From Squalus acanthias (lineage: Eukaryota): DNA of 64,000 bases. The notes under the pieces were generated by a model. The model did not search any database. It worked only from the letters and a program-made list of their open reading frames with translations, and was not told the origin of the DNA. Below, in pieces: positions 25,374-37,830 of the stretch (its first letter is position 1; each line of letters begins with the position of its first letter). The translations under genes and the position numbers were made by a program. The stretch covers positions 150,848,001 through 150,912,000 of the forward strand of contig CM059431.1 in the NCBI GenBank assembly GCA_030390025.1, in the 5' to 3' direction.

Positions 25374-26885
25374 TCAATAGTCGGGGCCCATCGCCTTTTC
25401 CGTATCCAGTGCGCTCAGCCGTTTCTTGATATCACGTGGCGTAAATCGAATTGGCTGAAGACTGGTTTCTGTGTTGGTGGGGACCTCAGGAGGAGGCCGA
25501 TATGGATCATCCACTCTGCACTTCTGGCTGAAGATGGTTGCAAACGCTTCAGCCTTGTCTCTTGCACTCCCGTGCTGGGCTCCACCATCATTGAGGATGG
25601 GGATATTCATGGCGCCTCCCACTCCCGTTTGTTGTTTAATGCTCCACCACCATTCACGACTGATTGTGGCAGGACCGCAGTGCTTTGATCTGACCCGTGA
25701 TTGTAGGATTTATTCGCCCTGTCTGTAGCATGCTGCTTCCGCTTTTTAAAATGCACTTATTCCTGTGTTGCAGCTTCCCCAGGTTGGATCATCATTATTA
25801 GGTACGCCTAGTGCTGCTCCTGGCATGCTATTCTACACTCCTTATTGAACCAGGGTTGGTCCCCTGACTTGATGTAATGGTAGAGTGAGGGATATGCCGG
25901 GCCATGAGTTTATAGATTGTGGTGGAATACAATTCTGCTGCTGCTGATGGCCCACAGCGCCTCATGGATGCCCAGTTTTGAGCAGCTAGATTTGTTCTGA
26001 ATCTATCACATTTAGCATGGTGGTAGTGTCACACACAAAGATGGAGGCTGTCCTCAGTATGAAAGCGGGACTTCGTCTCCACAATGATTGTGTGGTTGTC
26101 ACTGCTACAAAATCTGTCATGGACAGATGCATCTGCAACAGTTAGATTAGTGAGTACGTTGTCAAGTAGGTTTTTCCTTCGTGTTAGTTCTGTCACCACC
26201 TGTCGCAGGCCCAGACTGGCAGCTATGTACTTAAGGACTCGACCAGCTGGGTCATTAGTGGCGGACCCGCGCCACTCTTGGTGATGGACATTGAAGTCCT
26301 GCACCCAGAGTACATTCTGTGCCCTTGATACTCTCAGTGCTTCTTCCAAGTGGTGTTCATCATGGAATATGACTCTTTGAGTATGATTATGCCAGTCTGT
26401 TGCTGGACTAGACTGTGGGGCAGCTCTCCCAATTTTGTCACAAGTCCCCAGATGTTGGTGAGGAAGACTTTGCAGAGTCGACCGGGCTGGGTGTGCCGTT
26501 GTCGTGTCCGTAGCTGATGCCGAGGTCGAAGCTGGGTGGTGCTTTCGGTTTTATTCTTCTTATTGTGTTTCGTAGTGGTTTGTTATAACTGAGTGGCTTG
26601 CTGGGCCATTTCAGAGGGCAGTATAGAGTCAACCACATTACTTTGGGTGAAGACTCACATATTGACCGGACCAGGTAAGGACGGCAGATTTCCTTCCCGA
26701 AAGGACATTCGTGAACCAGATGGGGTTTTACGACAATCCGATGGTTACCATTACAGAAAGCAGCTTTTTTTTTCCAGATGTATTTAATTAATGAATTTCA
26801 ATTCCCCAGCAGCCGTGGTGGGATTTGAACTCACATCACTGGTCCTGGCCACTGGATTACCAGCCCAGTAAAATTACCACTATGT
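25374..26885 (-). mobile_element. Second APE-type non-LTR retrotransposon lineage, 5' part (head, endonuclease, pre-RT)
   Basis: QDFNVHHQEW...NLLDNVLTN..SDNH; KAEAFATIFSQK...LDTEKAMGPD. Clade not determined. Confidence 0.75.
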
Positions 26886-26934
26886 TAAAAGTTATCCTAC
26901 TATAACATTATTGGCCTATTCCCTACTTTAACAT

Positions 26935-27660
26935 TTCTAGTGTTGACCCTACTGTACCTTTACTGCTCGTGTTGATCCTACTCTAACCCTACTGGTGTTG
27001 ACCCTACTCTATTATCACCGGCGGTGATTCTACTCTGACCTTACTGATGAAGACTCTACTCCAACGTTACTGGTCGTGACCTGACTCTAACATTATTGAT
27101 CATGACTCAGTTCTAACACTACTGGTGTTGTAGCCTAATCTAACGTTACTGGTAGTCACCCTGCTGCAACATTAATGTTTGGAACTGCACGATAACAAGT
27201 TCTGTTCAATACTCGGACCTAATAAATTCAGAGGTGATCCTGCTATAAAATTACTGTTGATAACTCTACTCTAACAATAAAGGTGGTGACCCTACTCTGA
27301 CATCACCGGTGGTGAACTTACTCTAACATGACTGATCTTTATTCCTACTCTAGCATTATTGTTGCTGACTCTAATCTAACACTGCTCTTGCTTACACTAA
27401 ACCTAACATTAGCGGTGTTGATTGTATTCTAACATCAATGGTGGTGACCTATTTTACCATCAGCGGTGGAGATGCAACTCTAAAATTATTGTTTGTGAGC
27501 CCCATCTAACAAGACATGTGGTGACTCGACTCTAACATCAACGGTGTTGAACCTACTCGAACATTACTGTTGATGACCCTACTCTATGATTATTGATGAT
27601 GACTCCACACTAACAATAATGGCGAGGACAAGTCTCTGACAATTCTGCTGTTGACCTCTC
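26935..27660 (+). repeat. 26-bp satellite array (consensus CTCTAACATTACTGGTGGTGACCCTA), degenerate
   Basis: Recurrent ctctaacattactggtg at about 26-bp spacing. Confidence 0.85.
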
Positions 27661-27664
27661 CAAG

Positions 27665-29130
27665 GTACGGCAGCAAAATGGTTATGTTGCTTGACTGGTA
27701 ATCCAGAGGGCGGGACTAATAGTACGAAGATGTGAGTTCCAAACCCGAGACTTCCCATGGCAATCTGCGAATTTCAATGCAGTCAGTTAAATAAATCTCT
27801 AATAAAATGAAAGTATCACGCATGATGTACATGCAGCTATCGATTATTGTAGAAAGGCAAGTTGTTCACTAATGATTAGTAGGGAAGAAACCTGCCATCC
27901 TTAGCCTGTAAGACCTATATGTGACTCTGAATTATCTTCTGAAATGGCCGAAGAATTCACTCATTTGTATCAACGCGCTTTAAATGAGTATAATAAGAAT
28001 GAGAAGTCGCACAACACCAGGTTATAGTCCAACAGATTTATTTTTAATTACAAGCTTTCGGAGCTATCGCCCCTTCTTCAGGTAAAGTTACAATGAGTGA
28101 ATCTACAAAAGTTCACAGAATATAAACACAGAAAATGCAGAGATACAATCTTTCCTTACATCAAAGACACACCAAGAGCACAGCCAAGAAAATGAGATAT
28201 GTCCCAGGGGGTCCAACGTGTCAAATCTTGCTGTCTGCAGCAGATCTCTCTCCATATCCCTTCCTCTCTCTCCGTCTTTTGTATCTCTGCATTTTCTGTG
28301 TTTATATTCTGTGAACTTTTGTAGATTCACTCATTGTAACTTTACCTGAAGAAGGGGCGATAGCTCCGAAAGCTTGTAATTTTAAATAAATCTGTTGGAC
28401 TATAACCTGGTGTTGTGCGACATCTCATTTATGTCCACCCCAGTCCAACACTAGCATCTCCGCATTATAATAAGAATAACATTGGATGGATAGGGTTCGG
28501 ACACGACAAAGGCACAAGCCACCCATTCGACCCTGCAAAGTCCTCATCACTAACATCTGGGGACTTGTGCTAAAATTAGCTGAGCTGTCCAACAGCAGCC
28601 TTACACAGTCATACTGACAGAATCGTATCTTTCAGCCAATGTCCCAGTCTCTTCCATCTCCAACCCTGGATCTATCCTGTCCCACCAGCAGGACAGACCC
28701 ACCAGATGTGGCGGGACTCCAGTTTATAGTCGGGTCGGAGTGGCGCTGAGAGTCCTCAACATTTATTTTGAACTCCATGATGTCTCGGGGCAGCAGGTCA
28801 AACATGGGCAAGGAAAGCTCCGACTGATTAACAACCGCCCTCCCTAAGCTGATGAATCAGTCCGCCTCCTTGGATGAAACACTGCGGTTAGCGAGGCCGC
28901 AGAATGTACTCTGGGTCGTGGACTTCAATGTCCATCACCAGGACCGGCTCGTTAGCACCACTAAAGTACCTAACTGCTAGATTGGGCGTGCGGGAGGGGG
29001 TGAGTGAACCCACACGGGGGAAAACCCAGTTGACTTCCTCCTGATGCATCTGTGCTTGAAAGAATGTGTAGGAGTGATCACGCACAATCCTTGTGGAGAC
29101 TGGGCCCGTCCTCACACCGAGGGCACGCTA
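27665..29130 (+). mobile_element. 5' part of the same second LINE lineage, opposite orientation, interrupted at 28001-28465
   Basis: ctgcaaagtcctcatcactaacatctggggacttgtg and gacttcaatgtccatcaccagga match the reverse complement of 26440-26480 and 26275-26300. Confidence 0.75.
28001..28465. mobile_element. Penelope-terminus fold-back insertion with hammerhead-like motifs at 28048-28085 (-) and 28342-28379 (+)
   Basis: About 148-bp near-perfect inverted repeat (28001-28148 / 28279-28426); 12-bp TSD tataataagaat (27989-28000, 28466-28477); homologous to 24545-24817. Confidence 0.9.
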
Positions 29131-29134
29131 TCCC

Positions 29135-30895
29135 CAGTAATGATAGAATAGAGTCAACACCAGGAATGTTAATGTAGTGTCACTAACAGAAAAGTTAGAA
29201 AAGAGCCACCAATAGTAACGTTAGAGTACAGTCACCACCAGAAACGTTGGAGTAGAGTCGCCTGCAGTAATGCTAGAGTAGAGTGACAACCAATAATATT
29301 AGACGAGGGTCACTACCAGTTTTGTTCCAGTACAGTCGCCTCCAGTAATGTTCGAGTAGGGTCATCACCAGTACTGTTAGATTAGAGTCACCACCAGTAA
29401 TGTTAGAGTAGGTTCATCACCAGTATTGTTAGAGTGGAGTCAGCATCAGCAACGTTTGAGTAGGGTCAACAGCAGTAAGCTTAGAGTAGGGACTTCAACA
29501 GTAATGTTAGACAAGTGTCATCACCAGTTATATTAATGTTGATTCAGCACCAGTAATGTTAGAATAGGGTCTACACCAGTTCTGTTATACTTGGATCACC
29601 ACTAGTAATATTAGTGTAGATTCAGCACCAGCATTAATAAAGTAGAGTCACAATCAGCAATGTTCGAGTAGGGTCAACATCAGCAATGTTAGAGTAGGGT
29701 CACCATCAGCAATGTTAGAGTAGGATCACCATCAGTAATATTATTCTCGGGTCACCAATAGTAATGTTAGAGTGCAGTCACCACCAGTAACGTTAGAGTA
29801 GGATCACCATCAGTAATGTTAGAGTAGGGTCACCACCAGTAATGTTAGAGTAGGGTCACCACCAGTAACGTTAGATTAGATTCCGCAGCGGTAATGTTAG
29901 AAAAGGTTCACCACCAGTAATGTTAGAGCAGATTAAACTCCAGTCTCTTCTTCTTCTTAGGCAGTCCCTCGGAACCGAGGATGACTTGCTTCCACACTAA
30001 AATTGAGTCTCAGATGACTGATATGTCCAATGCGGGACCTACAGTCTCTGTCACAGGTGGGGCAGACGGTGGTTGAACGGGCGGGTGGGTGGGGTCCTTG
30101 GGTTGACGTGCGCTCCTTGAGTTACTTGCGCATGGCTTCCGCTTGCTCCCGGCGAAGAGACTAGAGGTATTCGGCGCCTTCCCGGATGCTTCTCCTCCAG
30201 TAACGTTAACTCCAGTAACTTTAGACTAGCAAACAGTAATGTTAGAGTGCGGTCACAACCAATAATGTTTGAGTATTGTCACAGTCAGTAATGTTGGACT
30301 AGTGTCAACACCAGCAATGTTATTGTACAGTCACCGCAATTAACGTTAGAATAGGGTCAACACCACACATATTAGAGTAGAGTCAGTACCAGCAATGTTA
30401 CAGTAGCGTCGCCACCCTCAATGTTAGAGTAGAGTCACCACTAGTAATGTTAGATTGGAATCATCCCAGTACTGTTAATTTAGGGTCACCACCAGTAATG
30501 TTAGTGTAGGTTCAATACCAGCAATGTTAGAGTAGATTTAACACCAGTAATGGTTTAGTGCGCTCACCACCAGTAATGTTACGAGTGCTGTCACCAGCTG
30601 TAAGGCAAGAGTAGAGTCACCACCAGTAATGTTAAAGTTGGGTCACTACCAGCAATGTTAGAGGAGGATCATCACCAGTAATGTTAGTTCAGGGTCTCCA
30701 TCAGTAATCTTATGTTGAGTCATGACCAGTAATGTTAGTGTAGGTTCACCAACAGTAATATTAGAGTAGGGCCATCACCATTAATGTCAGATGATGGCCA
30801 CCACCAGTAATATTAGTTTTGGATTACCAGTAGTAATATTAGAGAAGGGTGACGACCAGTAATGTCAGGGCAGAGATATCAACAGTAACGTTAAA
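29135..30895 (-). repeat. 26-bp satellite array, reverse orientation
   Basis: tagggtcaccaccagtaatgttagag units. Confidence 0.9.
29945..30200 (-). mobile_element. RTE-clade LINE 3' fragment inserted in the satellite
   Basis: Minus strand WRRSIREGA...CPTCDRDCRSRIGHISH; (aag)n tail; flanking direct repeat aactccagt (29936-29944, 30208-30216). Confidence 0.8.
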
Positions 30896-31199
30896 GCATT
30901 ACTTATGTAATGGATGAGAGAAGATTTCACCAAATTATGTGAGGCCCGAAGAAGCTAACACAGGAACTTGGAGAGATGTTCCCTTCAGGGATCACATGAC
31001 GGGCGCAGAGCACATTCCATCGGGGATTAACTCCCATTCTTTGATTTAAATGGACGGAGTTTCATGGACTGAGCTGTTCAATTTCCCCATTGGTGGACCG
31101 GACGCACTGCAGCGGAAAATAGCCCCTTGTTTGTTAAGTGGCTGTAACTAAGTTCAATTATTGTGTAACCTGGTTTTCTCACCGGGGAATGGATTGTTC

Positions 31200-31206
31200 T
31201 ATAAAG
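31200..31206 (+). promoter_or_regulatory. Candidate TATA box of the GPCR gene
   Basis: TATAAAG followed by a G run, 83 nt upstream of the exon 1 ATG. Confidence 0.5.
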
Positions 31207-31282
31207 GGGGAGCATTTACTGATCTCGGATACAATCCAGTCGGAAATGTAAAACAGGACAGTATTCACACAGTCTTCTAAAA

Positions 31283-31352
31283 ATGGCACGGCCAATAATT
31301 CTACAGATGAAGGACATATACTATAATTTTCTCGCAGTCTTTGGTATTCTCG
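31283..31352 (+). CDS. GPR139/GPR142-like GPCR, coding exon 1 (MARPIILQMKDIYYNFLAVFGIL)
   Basis: ATG at 31283, 23 codons plus G, donor GTAAGT at 31353; phase 1 matches the acceptor at 32439 and completes TM1 (FGIL-A-NLLTILIL). Too short for the ORF track. Confidence 0.85.
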
Positions 31353-31849
31353 GTAAGTCAATGCATCCTGTTGTTTAATAGTTGTTGACGATCTCACTGT
31401 TAATGATTATGTAACAGATTCCGTGAAGATCATTCATCTACCGGGATAATTTGATGAATATCAGCGGGAATCCGACCAGTCCGCGCGGCCGGTTAGGCTC
31501 TATTCTGTCGGGCAGATCTTGGCCACGGGGCACTCACATTTCCTCTCTACACTGAGGGAGGGCGAGGCTGATTCCTCGGCCCCTCCAACAGTACATAGTC
31601 CATTAAAGAATGTGATGCATAGTGTCCATAGTATTTATTTCATTTGTCCCGTGTTTCCCAGTCTATTTTAAGTTGATAACTGCTCGGACTGCAGCTACCT
31701 CCACCTAACAATTGAATGTTTTATTGAATCCAGATATTTCCAGTAATTGCTGCGAAATTATATTTAACCACTGACTGAAGTATGGTGGAAGGGAGTCGGA
31801 ATTTGAGTCCCTCGATATTGAATATTCAATGTTTCATTCCTTTAAAATC

Positions 31850-32350
31850 AATTTTTTAAGATATATATAAATGACCTGGATATTGGAATACAGGGTAGAA
31901 TTTCTAAATTTGCCGATGACACCAATCTTGGGCTTGTGGCAAACAGTAGCTGCAACAGGACATAGAAAGGCTCGCAGAATGGGCAGACACGTGGCAGATG
32001 GAATTTAATACAAAGAAGTGTGAGGTGATGCATTTTGGCAGAAGGAAAAGGGAGAGGCAATATACACTCAATGGCACAATTTTAAAGAGTGTGCAGGGAC
32101 ACAGGGACATGGGATTTAATTTCATAGGACCCTGATGGTGGCGGGACATATTGAGAGAGTGGTTAAAAAAGCATATGGGATCTTGGGCTTCATAAATAGC
32201 GGTATTGAGTACAAAAGCAGAGAAGTGCTGTTGAACCTTTATAAAGCACTGGTTGGACCACAACTGGAGTATTGCGTCCAGTTCTGCTCACCACACTTTA
32301 GGAAGGATGTGAAGGCCTTAGAGAGGGTGCAGAGGAAATTTACCAGAATG
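31850..32350 (+). mobile_element. CR1 fragment in the GPCR intron
   Basis: INDLD...KFADDT; KAYGILGFINSGIEYKS...LEYCVQFCSP. Confidence 0.9.
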
Positions 32351-32439
32351 TAGGGACACAGCTGAGCATTCCCCCACAATAAGCTGTGAGGTTTAACAGG
32401 ATATCCCTTTTACTAAACTCTTCTCCATCTTCCTTACAG

Positions 32440-33346
32440 CGAACCTACTGACAATCCTGATTCTCTCCAGAGGAAATTGCGGCCTTTCCAAATGTATCTC
32501 GGTCTACATGGTGTCCATGTCGACAGCAGATCTATTGGTCATCATCTTCCATTTACTGGTTTTTCAGATTTTCTGTTACCACTTTCCGCATTCATTCCTG
32601 GCCTACACTTCCGTGTGTAAATCCATTAATTACATCAATACCGTCACCCTGGACATGTCCGTGTGGTTTACAGCCTTGTTCACTTTTGACCGATTTGTAA
32701 AATATGTTGTCAGAATTTCAAAACGAAGTATTGCACAGTGAGAACTGCGGCCGCTGTTTTAACAACTGTCCTTGTGCTGGTCTGTATAGAGTATATCTGC
32801 TTTGCTTTCTACTATGAATCTCAACGAATCATTAACAATGTTTCCTGGGGATGCCGCGCCAATGTAGCCTTTTATTCATCGCCTGCAGGCATAGCCTATT
32901 TGCGCATTCAAATTGTTTTAGTTCCATGGTTTGCTGTTGCTTTGATATTACTCTTTAATTGTTTGACATTCAGACGAATTGTAGTAAGCAGTCGGGCCCG
33001 CAGGCGACTCCGGGGTCACTGCAGTGAGAATCAGAGCGATCCAGAGATGGAGAGCCGGAGGAAATCCATCATTTTACTGTTCACTGTATCGGGCAGTTTT
33101 ATACTGTTGTGGTTGACATCTGTCGTTAGTAACTTGAAGAACAGCCTGGCCGTTTATTACAAAGGTGAATATGAAACCCTTGCATGCATCCTGTCTGAAA
33201 GCAGATATATGCTCATGTATTTGAGTTCCTGTACAAACACCTGCATTTATGCAGCGACGCAAACCAAATTCAGGCAAGATTTGGTGAAGGTGGTGAAATC
33301 TCCATGGACATTGATTCTGATATTGGTTAATAAAATGAAGAATTAA
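32440..33346 (+). pseudogene. GPR139/GPR142-like class A GPCR, exon 2 (TM1-TM7), with a single -1 frameshift at ~32700 (pseudogene or assembly error)
   Basis: Acceptor ttccttacAG; ANLLTILILSRGNCGLSKCISVYMVSMSTADLL...VC...TFDRFV / ICCQNFKTKYCT...LILLFN...RRKSIILL...SSCTNTCIY. Adding 1 nt gives a 325-aa ORF. Confidence 0.85.
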
Positions 33347-34384
33347 ACCATACCTTCCTGTCCTAACTGGAGCTCAATTACAGACCGTGTTCCGTTTTAG
33401 AATGGCAATCTTTCCCTTGGGACAAAAGCCGATTGTTCTTGTGAATATTAACAGGTATCAGGAAATATTTCTCCCACTTTGTGCCGTGTGTTTGATGGCT
33501 GCTGCTTTCCCCGGGTGGACATAATCGATTCCCGCTAAAACAGCGCCCTTCCCGCTCAAGATTCAAGGGGAACAGTCATGACTGAGCTTCAGCAGTGAAG
33601 TAGAACATGTGCGGTCAGCATTAACTACCTCAGACAGCAGCTAATGGAGTGAGACGCTCAGTTTAATTAACAGATAGACATTCCTTTAGTGTAGTAACAA
33701 TGTGTTACAATGGTGTTTATTTGTAATTCTGTAATCTTGGTGTGAATGTTGCAGGCGCTGGACTCCCCATCAAACTCCGCCCCCCATTGTCACCTGGACC
33801 AATAGAACGGGGCCCTGTCTCCTGATCAGTTTCTAATGATGGAGACAGTAGGAACTTGACTCGTCAATGTGACATTAGACATCTTTGTTCACAGATATTC
33901 ACTGAACATCTCAAATAGTTACCAGTTTGTTGGAATGTTATGAGAGGGGAAAAGACTGTTTAACCCAATTAGTCATTTTCAGCATTTACCCTCCAGCCGA
34001 TCAAATAGTTCCAATCACTTTATCCGTCCGGTCTCAACATCAATTCAACCTATTTTTGTTCATACACTATAGTCTCCAATATTGACATAATTTCTGCCTC
34101 TGTTAATTCCACAGCTTCACCACTCTCTATGTAAAGAGTAGTCTCTGACCACCCGTTTTAAATCTCTTCAATCCATTCCTTAATCTATAGCCGTTAGTTC
34201 CAGATCGCTCAAATAATGGCAGCAGTCTGCTTCTTACTATTCTGTCCCGTACCTTCTAAACCTAAATCACCTGGGCACAACTCGCCAAAAAAAACTCATC
34301 CTGGTATCAATTCACAATCTAGTACAAGTCAGGTAACTGCAGTTAAGATAGTTAATTGATTAATAATTCTTGGAGATGGACGCG

Positions 34385-37300
34385 GTTTACATAGGATATA
34401 CAGTACATAAACAGGCCATTCGGCCCAACCAGTCCATGTCAGCGTTTAAGCTCCACTCGAGCCTCCTTTCATCTTTCCTCATCTAACTCCATCAGCACAA
34501 TCCTATATTCCCTTCTCCCTCCTATTCTTATCTAGCCTCCCTTCAAATGTGTCTATACTGTTTGCTGGAACCACTCCCTGTGGTAGCGAGGTTCACATCC
34601 TCACATTCTATTGGTAAGAACTTTCTTATGAATTCCGTTATTGATTTGTTTGTGACTCTCTTACATTGATGGCCTTAAGTTTTGCTCTTCCCCACAAGTT
34701 GAAACATTCTTTCTCTGTCTACTCTATCAAAACCTTTTCATATTTTAAAGAACTCTATTAGGTCACCCCTCAGCCTTCTCTTTTCAATAGAAAAGAGACC
34801 CAGCCTGTTCATACCTTCCTGATAGGTATATCCTCGCAGTTCTTGTATCATCCTTGTAAATATTTTTTGCACCCTCTCCAGTGCCTCTGTATCTTTTTTA
34901 TAATATGGCGACCAGAACTATCCGCAGTTCTCCAAGGGTGGTATTAATAAGGTTCGATACAAGTTTCGCATAATTCACAAATTTTCAATTCTATCCCTCT
35001 TGAAATAAACCCGAGTGCTAGGTTTGCTTTTTTATGTGTTGCTTGCATTTATAAACCTGCGTCGCTAGTTTTAGTGATTTGTGTATTTGTAATCCAATAT
35101 CGCTTTGCTTTTCTGTACCATTTAGATTCTTATTTTCCAAATAATATGTGACTTCCTTATTTTTCTTAACAAAATGTAATACCTCCCATTTATCTGTGTT
35201 GAAATGCATTTAGCCTTTCTGTAAGTTTATTAATGTCTTCTTGTAATTTCTTACAGCCCTCCTCAGTATTGACTATCACAGCCGCACCCTTCCCCCAATT
35301 TGGTGACATCCGTCAATTTAGAAATAGTGTTTTTGAGTCAAAGTCTAAACTGTTAAAATAAATTGTGAACAAACATGGCCCCAGCACTGATCAATATGGG
35401 ACCCCACTTTTCATATCCTGCCGCACTGTATAGCTAACCTTTACCCCTACTCCCTGCTTTCTGTCTTGAAGCCAGCTAGCTATCCATTCTGCTACTTGTC
35501 AGCTCACTCCGCAATCTCTGATCTTTTTCATTAGTCTGTTATTCAGTACTTTATCAAAGGCTTTTTTGAAATCTCGATAAATTACGTTTACTACTTTACC
35601 CTTGTCAACGCTCTCTGTTTCCTCTTCAAAGAATTACATGATTGTGGTCAAGCAAGACTTTCTCCTTTGAAATGCATGCTGACTATTCATTATTATATTT
35701 TTGGCTTATAGATGTTCTTCTATTTTTTCCTTTAGTAGGGATTCCATTATTTTACCTACCACCGAGGTTAAGCTGACTGGTGTATTGTCCCATGGACATG
35801 TTCCATCTCCTTTCTTATATATAGCTATAACGTTAGCTATCCGCCAGTCCTTTTGCACAACGTTAGCTATCCGCCAGTCCTTTAACGAATTATTAAATAT
35901 GTGTAATAGTACCTCTTCTATCGCTTCCCTAGATTCCATTAAAATGCGCGGATGTTATTCGTCTGGAGCAGGGCATTTATTCTGTTTGCGTTTGATTCGT
36001 TTATTTAGTAGTTCTCCTTTTTAATTTTAAATGCGGTTATATCATTTCTAATCTCATTTTCAGATGTCACATCTACCTGACCGTCTCCCTGGTAAATACT
36101 GAAGTAGAGTAATTATATAATATTTCTGTCATTTCGCTATTGCTACCTGTGAATGTATCCAGAACTTTCCTTAATTGCCCTATTCCCATCCCGACTTTCC
36201 TTTTTTATTTATGCGCCTATAGAATATTTTATTACATTGTTTTATGTTCCTTGCTAATTTAATCGCATAGTTCCCCTTTGCCTTCCTATTATTTTTTTGA
36301 CTTCTCTCCTATTCGCTTCATATTCTCCCTTGCCATGCTCTCCCCTGTTGTCCATTTTCTTAGTGTATGCCTCTTTCCTTATTCTCAATTTTTCCCTTAT
36401 GTATTTAGTCATCCATGGCGTCTCATTGGTGTTTAACTTGTACTTGATTTTTAGTGGAATATATTTTCCTGGATCCTGCTGAATAAATATTTCCCATTGT
36501 TGTTCTACATCTTTGCCTGCCAATATTGTTGTACATTTTATTGTCCCAAGTTGTATTCTCAGCCCCTCAAAATCGCATTTTCTCCAATATATTGCCCAGT
36601 TCGTCGTCATACCTATGTCCTTCTCAAATATTACCTGAACGCATGTTATATTATGGTCACTATTATCTAGATGCTGCCCCACTTTTACTTCTCTTATCTG
36701 CTCTGGTTCATTCCGAATTACTCGATCCAGTAGCTATTACTCCCTTTTCGGCTTCTTACCTATTGGTTTCGGATGGAATCCTTTGCACATAGTAGGGACT
36801 CTATTTTCTTATTCCCTTTACCTACCTCTTCTGCCCAATTAATTTCGGGGCAGTTTAAACTCCCCATGATGTTTTTTTTAACTAATTTCTCTCATTTGTT
36901 TCCATATTTCTTCCTTCATCTCCACCATTAGTCGTCTATAGACTACCTCTAGGAGTGTGATAGATCCTTTATTATCTTTAATCTCTATACACTTGGATTC
37001 TATTTCGTTCTTACTGATAGCTGCGTTATTTTTCCTACTGCCATTCTGTTATCTATAATAAGCACTGCTACTCCATCTCTCTTTTCCCCTCTCTAACTTT
37101 TCTAAATATGTTATAGCCTGCAATGTTTAATTCCCAGTCCTTATTTTTCTGTAGCCATATCTTAGTATTCCCCACAATATATGGTTGCTCGCAACATATT
37201 AGTGCCTCCAGTTCGCCTGTTTTATTACGGACAGAATGTGCATCGCTGTACAGAGAGTTTAACTCATGCTTAATAGCAGTTCTTGTCACTTTATTTTTAA

Positions 37301-37830
37301 CCATATTTTTACTCTCTAGTTCTATAGCTCTATTTAATACCTAGAGTCTATGTCCTCTCTTAGTTTATTCCTTCGTATGCTCTCCGTTCCTGTTTCGTTT
37401 ATATTTTGCCTGGTTTCGTTTATTTTAGATCCCTTGTTACGAATGCTTCGTGCATTCAGATAAACAGCCTTTAATTTTAACTTTTTACCATTATTCCTTG
37501 CTTTCTCCTTATTCGCTGTTGCACTATTACCTTTACGCTGTCTGTCCTTTCCTGTCACACTCTGCTTATCTTTACCCAAATCGATACACTTCTCAATCGC
37601 CTTGACGTTCAGTTTAAAGCCCCATCAACAGTCCGTGTTATTCGATTCACCAGTATACAGGTCCTAGTCCGGGTAAGTGGAGCCCCTGCCAATGGAACAG
37701 CTCACTCTTTCTAGAAAACTGGTGACAGTGCCCATGAATCGAAAACTCTTCCTCCCAAACCACTCATTAAGCAAAACATTGAACTCTCAGTTCTGCTTAT
37801 CCCTATGGGAATTTACACGTGGCTGAGGTT
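34385..37830 (-). mobile_element. Decayed CR1 LINE (ORF1 end, ORF2, tail)
   Basis: Minus ORFs YLNARSIRNK, SDHN, WRIANV...VSLTSVVGKIMESL, MHFNTDKWEVLHF. Confidence 0.9.
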
